Assembly: GCA_039208735.1 (NCBI GenBank)
Contig: JBCCQY010000231.1
Coordinates: 1-11,149, forward strand
Source of the DNA: Myxococcota bacterium
GTDB lineage: Bacteria > Myxococcota_A > UBA796 > GCA-2862545
Reading direction: 5' to 3'
DNA: 11,149 bases
Each line of letters begins with the position of its first letter. The first letter of the stretch is position 1. Below are positions 6,887 to 11,149 of the stretch, piece after piece. A program made the position numbers and the translations under genes. The notes under the pieces are model-generated. The model ran no database searches. It was not told where the DNA came from and saw only the letters and a program-made list of their open reading frames with translations.

Positions 6887-8092
6887 ATGACGTCGATGCT
6901 CACGGTGCTGGTGCTGGCACTGCCCAGCCACGCCAAGGATGGCGCCCGTCAATCCGAGATCTGCAACTGCAAGGACGACGATGGTGACGGTCTCGTCGAC
7001 GAAAACCTGATCTGCAATTACGACCTCACGCTCGAGCTGACGGCCGATGATGCCTATGAAGTCTTCTTCGATGGCAGTTTCATGGGATTCGACACGGACT
7101 GGACGGATATCGAGACCTACACGCAATCGGTCCCCGCAGGCATCCACCATCTCGCAGTGTATGCAAAGGACCAGTACAACGTGGCCGCCGGCTTTCTTGC
7201 GGCAACGCATGTGGCGGGCCAGCAAGTCGATGTGACCGGCCCGAACAGCGCCTGGCGCGGTACCTCAACGCCCCCCACGGGCAACTGGACGACCACGACC
7301 GCGGGACTCAACCTTCCCGTTCCCGCCACGTGTACGGCGTGGGGCACGTATTGGCCCGCAGCACTCCTGGGTCAGGGCGCGAGCTGGATCTGGGATGCGG
7401 ACTGCGCCGCTCCCACCACCTACTCGGCCAACTGGTACGTACAGGAGGTGGAAGTCTGCATTGAAGCCTACGAAGCCTGTGACGGTGTCGACAACGACGG
7501 GGACGGAGACATCGATGAGGGCTACCCCGACACCGATGGAGACGGCATCGCGGACTGCGTGGACCGTGAGGAGTGCGACTGCCTCGACAACGATGGCGAT
7601 GGCGACGTCGATGAAGGGCTTCGCTGCGAATACCCGGTTGGGATGCGCATCACCGCCGACGATTCGTACGAGGCGTACTTCGACGGCGCAGCCTGGGGCT
7701 CCGATACCGACTGGACGGACATCGAAAGCTACAGCACCACGGCCACGGCAGGGACGCACCACATCGGGGTGTACGCCTGGGACACGTATGGCGTGGCGGC
7801 TGGGTTCATCGCTGCCGTGGCCGTCAACGGACAGGTCACCGACCTAACGGACACCACGACGAGCGACTGGCTCGGTTCGAGCACCTTCCCTGGCGGCACC
7901 TGGGCCACGTCAACCGCCAACCTCGCACCGACGGTCTCCGCGGCCCAGTGCGGAGCTTGGGGCACCTATTGGCCCGGGCCCCTGCTCGGCATGGGCGCAG
8001 GTTGGGTATGGGATGCAGATTGCGGCGCGCCGGCGACGTACCCCGAAAACTGGTACGTGCTCGAGTTTGACGTCTGCCCCGAAGCCCTCTGA
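6887..8092 (+). CDS. secreted protein with MopE-like/Ca-binding DxDGDG repeats and two lectin-like beta-sandwich modules (401 aa)
   Basis: AAGAGGA RBS and signal peptide MTSMLTVLVLALPSHA. Motifs EICNCKDDDGDGLVDE, EACDGVDNDGDGDIDE, DTDGDGIADCVD and EECDCLDNDGDGDVDE. Duplicated module TADD.YE..FDG...DTDWTDIE.Y...G.HH..VYA.D.Y.VAAGF.A...WGTYWP..LLG.GA.W.WDADC.AP.TY..NWYV. Confidence 0.85.
   Translation: MTSMLTVLVLALPSHAKDGARQSEICNCKDDDGDGLVDENLICNYDLTLELTADDAYEVFFDGSFMGFDTDWTDIETYTQSVPAGIHHLAVYAKDQYNVAAGFLAATHVAGQQVDVTGPNSAWRGTSTPPTGNWTTTTAGLNLPVPATCTAWGTYWPAALLGQGASWIWDADCAAPTTYSANWYVQEVEVCIEAYEACDGVDNDGDGDIDEGYPDTDGDGIADCVDREECDCLDNDGDGDVDEGLRCEYPVGMRITADDSYEAYFDGAAWGSDTDWTDIESYSTTATAGTHHIGVYAWDTYGVAAGFIAAVAVNGQVTDLTDTTTSDWLGSSTFPGGTWATSTANLAPTVSAAQCGAWGTYWPGPLLGMGAGWVWDADCGAPATYPENWYVLEFDVCPEAL
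7019..8077 (+). repeat. intragenic duplication of a module of about 147 aa (about 7019-7459 and about 7631-8077)
   Basis: The protein alignment is clear by eye. Shared DNA words include GACTGGACGGA(T/C)ATCGA and AACTGGTACGT. Confidence 0.88.
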
Positions 8093-8201
8093 ATTTCCGT
8101 CAGGGAGTGTAGGATCGGTGAAGGGTGTAGAGGTCGCCGTTCTGTCCTAGCCCAATAGGGGAAGAAACCCCTTGACCATCAGGGCAGGAATGCGAGCACC
8201 T

Positions 8202-10571
8202 CTACTCAATCTTCGCCAGGTCGGCGGCCACCAGGCTTCGGAACAGTCGGAAACCGACCGTATCGCCTCGCATTCCTGGTCCAACGGCGAAGCGAGCAGC
8301 CAGGTGAGCCCCCGTGGCGGTGAAGAACCAGCATCCGCCACGGACGACCTGCTCGGCGGCCGCATTCGAAGGCGAGGAAGGCAAGTAGAACTGAGTGGAA
8401 CACCACTCCCGCACGTTGCCCGCCATTCCCCTCACGCCATACACGCTGCAATCCACGCGAAAGTCGTGCACCGAGGCTGGCAACGGACGCCCCTCTCGAC
8501 TGGTTCGAACATTGGCGTACGGATGGACGAATTCGTCTCCCCAGGGGTAGGCCCGCCCATCCACTCCTCGAGCGGCCTTTTCCCACTCTTCTTCGGTGGG
8601 CAACCGCCACGGGCGGCCTGTACGATCCGCCTCCCACGCCGCATACGCACAGGCGCCCGCATAGTCGACGAGGAAGACCGGCCAGTCCGACTGCCACACG
8701 TCCCCATCGGCATCTGCGACAAGAGTGAAGTGGCCCTGTGCATCCCGCGCGTAGCACAACGGTCCTGGTTGATCCGGACGGGCGCTGCGTTCTCGCGGAG
8801 CCGCCTGCAAGGCCTCCGTTTCTCGGCCTTGGTCGACCAAATCATCCAGGAATGCGATGTACTCCGCGTGCGTGACGGGAAAGCGGCGTACGATAAACGC
8901 ATCGACCGACACGAGGCCCCCGGGCAACGCCTGGAGCATGGGCGATTGTGTGCCTCGAAAGAACGGACCTGCAGGGACGTAACAGTCGTCGGGACCCATC
9001 GCGTCCGGCTGAAGCAGCGTCACCGGAGGCCCTTGCCACCTGTGATTCCTCGGGATCCAGAGGGGCACGCGAATGGGTGGAGTACTCTGCAATTCGACGA
9101 GATAGCGCCCCATGTCGAGCGGCTGTTCGATCGGAGTGACGCCGATCGAACGGGGAGCGCGAGGTTCAAGCACTCGATCCCGCTTTTCGTACCGGTACAG
9201 CGTTGCGGGCACGGCGTGAGGCGTCGTGGCGAGGTGGAGGGCACCGCGACCTTCGAGGTAGACCCGGTGGGCTCCGCGATCGACATGGCGCAATTCGGCC
9301 TCGGCTTCGGCCACCGCGGCCGCATCGCCTCGGGCCTCCGCATCCGCGTGCATCGCGTGCCAGTGCGCGGCCAAGGCCTCCAGGACCTCGGCACACGAGC
9401 TATCGTGGGTGAGCGCGCCGTGCAGCGTCTGAAGGCGTTCCCGACGCAGCGCATCGGCCCGGTCGACATCGGCCGCAAGCTCGGTCGAGCGACGCCACAA
9501 CGGCGAGCGCTCGGCGACGGGAGCCCACGTCGGAAGCGCCGCCCCTTGCCGACGCAGCTCGACCCGAGTGGACTCAATCCTTATCCGGAGCGACGTTTCT
9601 TCCTTACGCAACGCGGCAGCCCGAGCCACTTGCCGCAATGCAAGCTCGCGTTGGGCCTCTCCATCGAGCCAGGCGCCAAGTACGCGAGCGACTTCGCTGG
9701 CCGCCGTGGGGCGGTCCCGTGGATCGGCGGCGAGGGCCCGGTCGACAAGCTCCCGCAGCGTCTCAGGCCCATCGGTACACGGGGGAATCTCGCCCCGGGC
9801 GACCCGCACCATCGCTTCGCGGGGCGACCGACGATCGAACAGCGGTCGGCCATGAAGCAACTCAAAGAGCACGGCCCCCAACGCAAAGACGTCGGATGCG
9901 GGGGTTGCCACCTCCCCGCGCGCCTGCTCGGGCGAGAAGTAGCCCGGGGTACCGGCCACGCTGCCCAACCGCGTGTGGCCCTCGCGCACGGCCAGGACGG
10001 CGGACTCAGTCGCTCGAAACAAGCCCCAATCCAGCACGAACACCGTACCGAAGGGTCCCACCATGATGTTCGCAGGCTTGAGATCGCGGTGCAGCACCCC
10101 TCGTTCATGGGCGTAGCTCACCGCATCCACAGCTCGCCGAAAGACCTCAACCACCCTTCGCAGTCCCGCTTGCGTGGCTGGGATCTCGCGCGCCACTTCG
10201 CCAAGCGTTCGGCCCCGGACCACCGCCATCGTGAACCAAGGGCGACCGTCCGAGAGTTGGCCAATCTCGTGGATCGGGACGATGCCAGGGTGGACCAGCT
10301 GGGCCGTAGCCCGAGCCTCCCGAAGGAACCGCTCGCGCACGTTGGGATCCGCGGCGAGTTCGGCCCGCAGCACCTTCATCGCAACCCGCCGCCCGAGTTG
10401 CGTGTCCTCCGCCTCCCAAACCTCTGCGGTGCCGCCCTCACCGAGCAGATGCACCCGGCGCAGGTGGTCTGCGCCTTCGGTTGCGCTTTCCACCAGAGCG
10501 ACCAATTCCGCGACCCCTTCGGGATCCAACCCGTACCGAGCTGCAAGTTCGAGGACCGCATCGTCCAGCAA
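8202..10571 (-). CDS. Hanks-type Ser/Thr protein kinase fused to a helical linker, a PEGA-like segment and an FGE-sulfatase (SUMF1/EgtB/PvdO-type) domain
   Basis: Kinase motifs: LGEGGTAEV, VAMK, RFLREA, HRDLKPAN, DWG, GTPGYFSPEQ, SDVFALG. FGE motifs: VPAGPF, FPVTHAEY, WPV, RLPTEEEWEKAARG, YPWG, MAGNVREW, VVRGG.W, GFR. Preferred start is TTG 10571 (GGAGG 5 nt upstream, 789 aa). The ORF-track ATG at 10640 is the alternative. Confidence 0.92.
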   Translation of the reverse strand: MLDDAVLELAARYGLDPEGVAELVALVESATEGADHLRRVHLLGEGGTAEVWEAEDTQLGRRVAMKVLRAELAADPNVRERFLREARATAQLVHPGIVPIHEIGQLSDGRPWFTMAVVRGRTLGEVAREIPATQAGLRRVVEVFRRAVDAVSYAHERGVLHRDLKPANIMVGPFGTVFVLDWGLFRATESAVLAVREGHTRLGSVAGTPGYFSPEQARGEVATPASDVFALGAVLFELLHGRPLFDRRSPREAMVRVARGEIPPCTDGPETLRELVDRALAADPRDRPTAASEVARVLGAWLDGEAQRELALRQVARAAALRKEETSLRIRIESTRVELRRQGAALPTWAPVAERSPLWRRSTELAADVDRADALRRERLQTLHGALTHDSSCAEVLEALAAHWHAMHADAEARGDAAAVAEAEAELRHVDRGAHRVYLEGRGALHLATTPHAVPATLYRYEKRDRVLEPRAPRSIGVTPIEQPLDMGRYLVELQSTPPIRVPLWIPRNHRWQGPPVTLLQPDAMGPDDCYVPAGPFFRGTQSPMLQALPGGLVSVDAFIVRRFPVTHAEYIAFLDDLVDQGRETEALQAAPRERSARPDQPGPLCYARDAQGHFTLVADADGDVWQSDWPVFLVDYAGACAYAAWEADRTGRPWRLPTEEEWEKAARGVDGRAYPWGDEFVHPYANVRTSREGRPLPASVHDFRVDCSVYGVRGMAGNVREWCSTQFYLPSSPSNAAAEQVVRGGCWFFTATGAHLAARFAVGPGMRGDTVGFRLFRSLVAADLAKIE

Positions 10572-10581
10572 GGAGGCCTCC
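10572..10581. promoter_or_regulatory. palindromic candidate bidirectional ribosome-binding site GGAGGCCTCC
   Basis: The + strand reads aaGGAGGcctcc-GTG(10582). The - strand reads cacGGAGGcctcc-TTG(10571). Both start codons are in frame with their genes. Confidence 0.6.
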
Positions 10582-11149
10582 GTGGGCTGCCATGAAGTGT
10601 ATGTGGTGTTGGCACAAGGTTCGGGATCCGAGGTCCGCATGCGGCCCGGAGACCTCGTAGGCCGCCTTCGTTCCGCCGACTTACGAATCGATGATCCACG
10701 CGTCAGCGAAGCCCACGCCTACGTGAGCCTTCGCGAGGGTGCACTGCGCCTGTTGGCCCTTCGGGGCGGGCTGGCGGTCGATGGCCGGCTGTTGCGTGAG
10801 GTGAGCCTCACCCAAGGACAGCGGATCCTCCTCGCCAAAGGCCCCCCCCCCGTCGAACTCACGGTTCGGGATGTGGTGCACCCCCAAGTGATGCTGGCCC
10901 TCCGCGGAGGCGGATTTGACGATGAAGTGCTTACCGGCCGCTGCCTCTCCATCCTCGGCCCGGCTCCGCTCTCGCTTGTCGAGGGCTACCGGCCGACGGC
11001 CCACGCCGTACTGTGGACCAACGGCGAAGGTTGGATGATCCGACTCGGCGACGAGGCACCTCGAACGCTGGTTACGGGCCTGGTCCTGCCGGTGGCAAAC
11101 GCCCAAGTCGAAGTGGTCGAGGTGGCACTTCGAAAGGCCCACACCACGC
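10582..11149 (+). CDS. FHA-domain protein, 3'-truncated by the window edge (not in the ORF track)
   Basis: Manual translation is open to the window end: MGCHEVYVVLAQGSGSEVRMRPGDLVGRLRSADLRIDDPRVSEAHAYVSLREGALRLLALRGGLAVDGRLLREVSLTQGQRILLAKGPPPVELTVRDVVHPQVMLALRGGGFDDEVLTGRCLSILGPAPLSLVEGYRPTAHAVLWTNGEGWMIRLGDEAPRTLVTG... It has the FHA signature GR...D..VS..HA. AAGGAGG lies at 10570-10576. ATG 10639 is an alternative start. Confidence 0.85.
   Translation, partial: MGCHEVYVVLAQGSGSEVRMRPGDLVGRLRSADLRIDDPRVSEAHAYVSLREGALRLLALRGGLAVDGRLLREVSLTQGQRILLAKGPPPVELTVRDVVHPQVMLALRGGGFDDEVLTGRCLSILGPAPLSLVEGYRPTAHAVLWTNGEGWMIRLGDEAPRTLVTGLVLPVANAQVEVVEVALRKAHTT

Noticed and set aside
8157..8172. intrinsic terminator between the convergent lectin-like and kinase genes
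   Set aside because: AGGGG-aagaaa-CCCCT is only a 5-bp stem without a convincing U-tract.
8202..8420. diversity-generating retroelement target (FGE-type C-lectin C-terminus)
   Set aside because: No template-repeat copy with adenine-specific differences and no reverse transcriptase in the window. A remote DGR cannot be excluded.
8172..10595. 807-aa antisense ORF spanning the kinase gene
   Set aside because: It mirrors the kinase gene almost end to end, is Arg/Gly/Pro-rich with no motifs, and is typical of stop-poor antisense frames in high-GC genes.
10681..11142. minus-strand 153-aa ORF
   Set aside because: Antisense shadow of the FHA gene, which has clear domain motifs and an RBS.

Overview
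GC-rich bacterial window, most likely Myxococcota (a MYXO-CTERM sorting signal, MopE-like DxDGDG repeats and a Ser/Thr kinase-FGE fusion all point there). From left to right: (1) the tail of a 73-bp REP-like tandem array; (2) a reverse-strand pair of a MYXO-CTERM surface protein and a translationally coupled 50-aa membrane peptide; (3) a divergent V8/trypsin-like lipoprotein protease with two Cys-rich repeats, followed by a TolB/PD40 lipoprotein; (4) a broken HAD-family gene; (5) a GyrI-like protein; (6) a YegD-like Hsp70; (7) a secreted protein with duplicated lectin-like modules; (8) a Ser/Thr kinase-FGE fusion; (9) a divergent FHA-domain gene that is absent from the ORF track because it runs off the window. 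The most striking observation is at the kinase/FHA junction. The two genes appear to start only 10 bp apart, on either side of the perfect palindrome GGAGGCCTCC, which gives a GGAGG Shine-Dalgarno at 5-nt spacing on both strands. No CRISPR array, transposase, rRNA or intact tRNA is visible. All domain calls come from reading motifs by eye, not from database searches.
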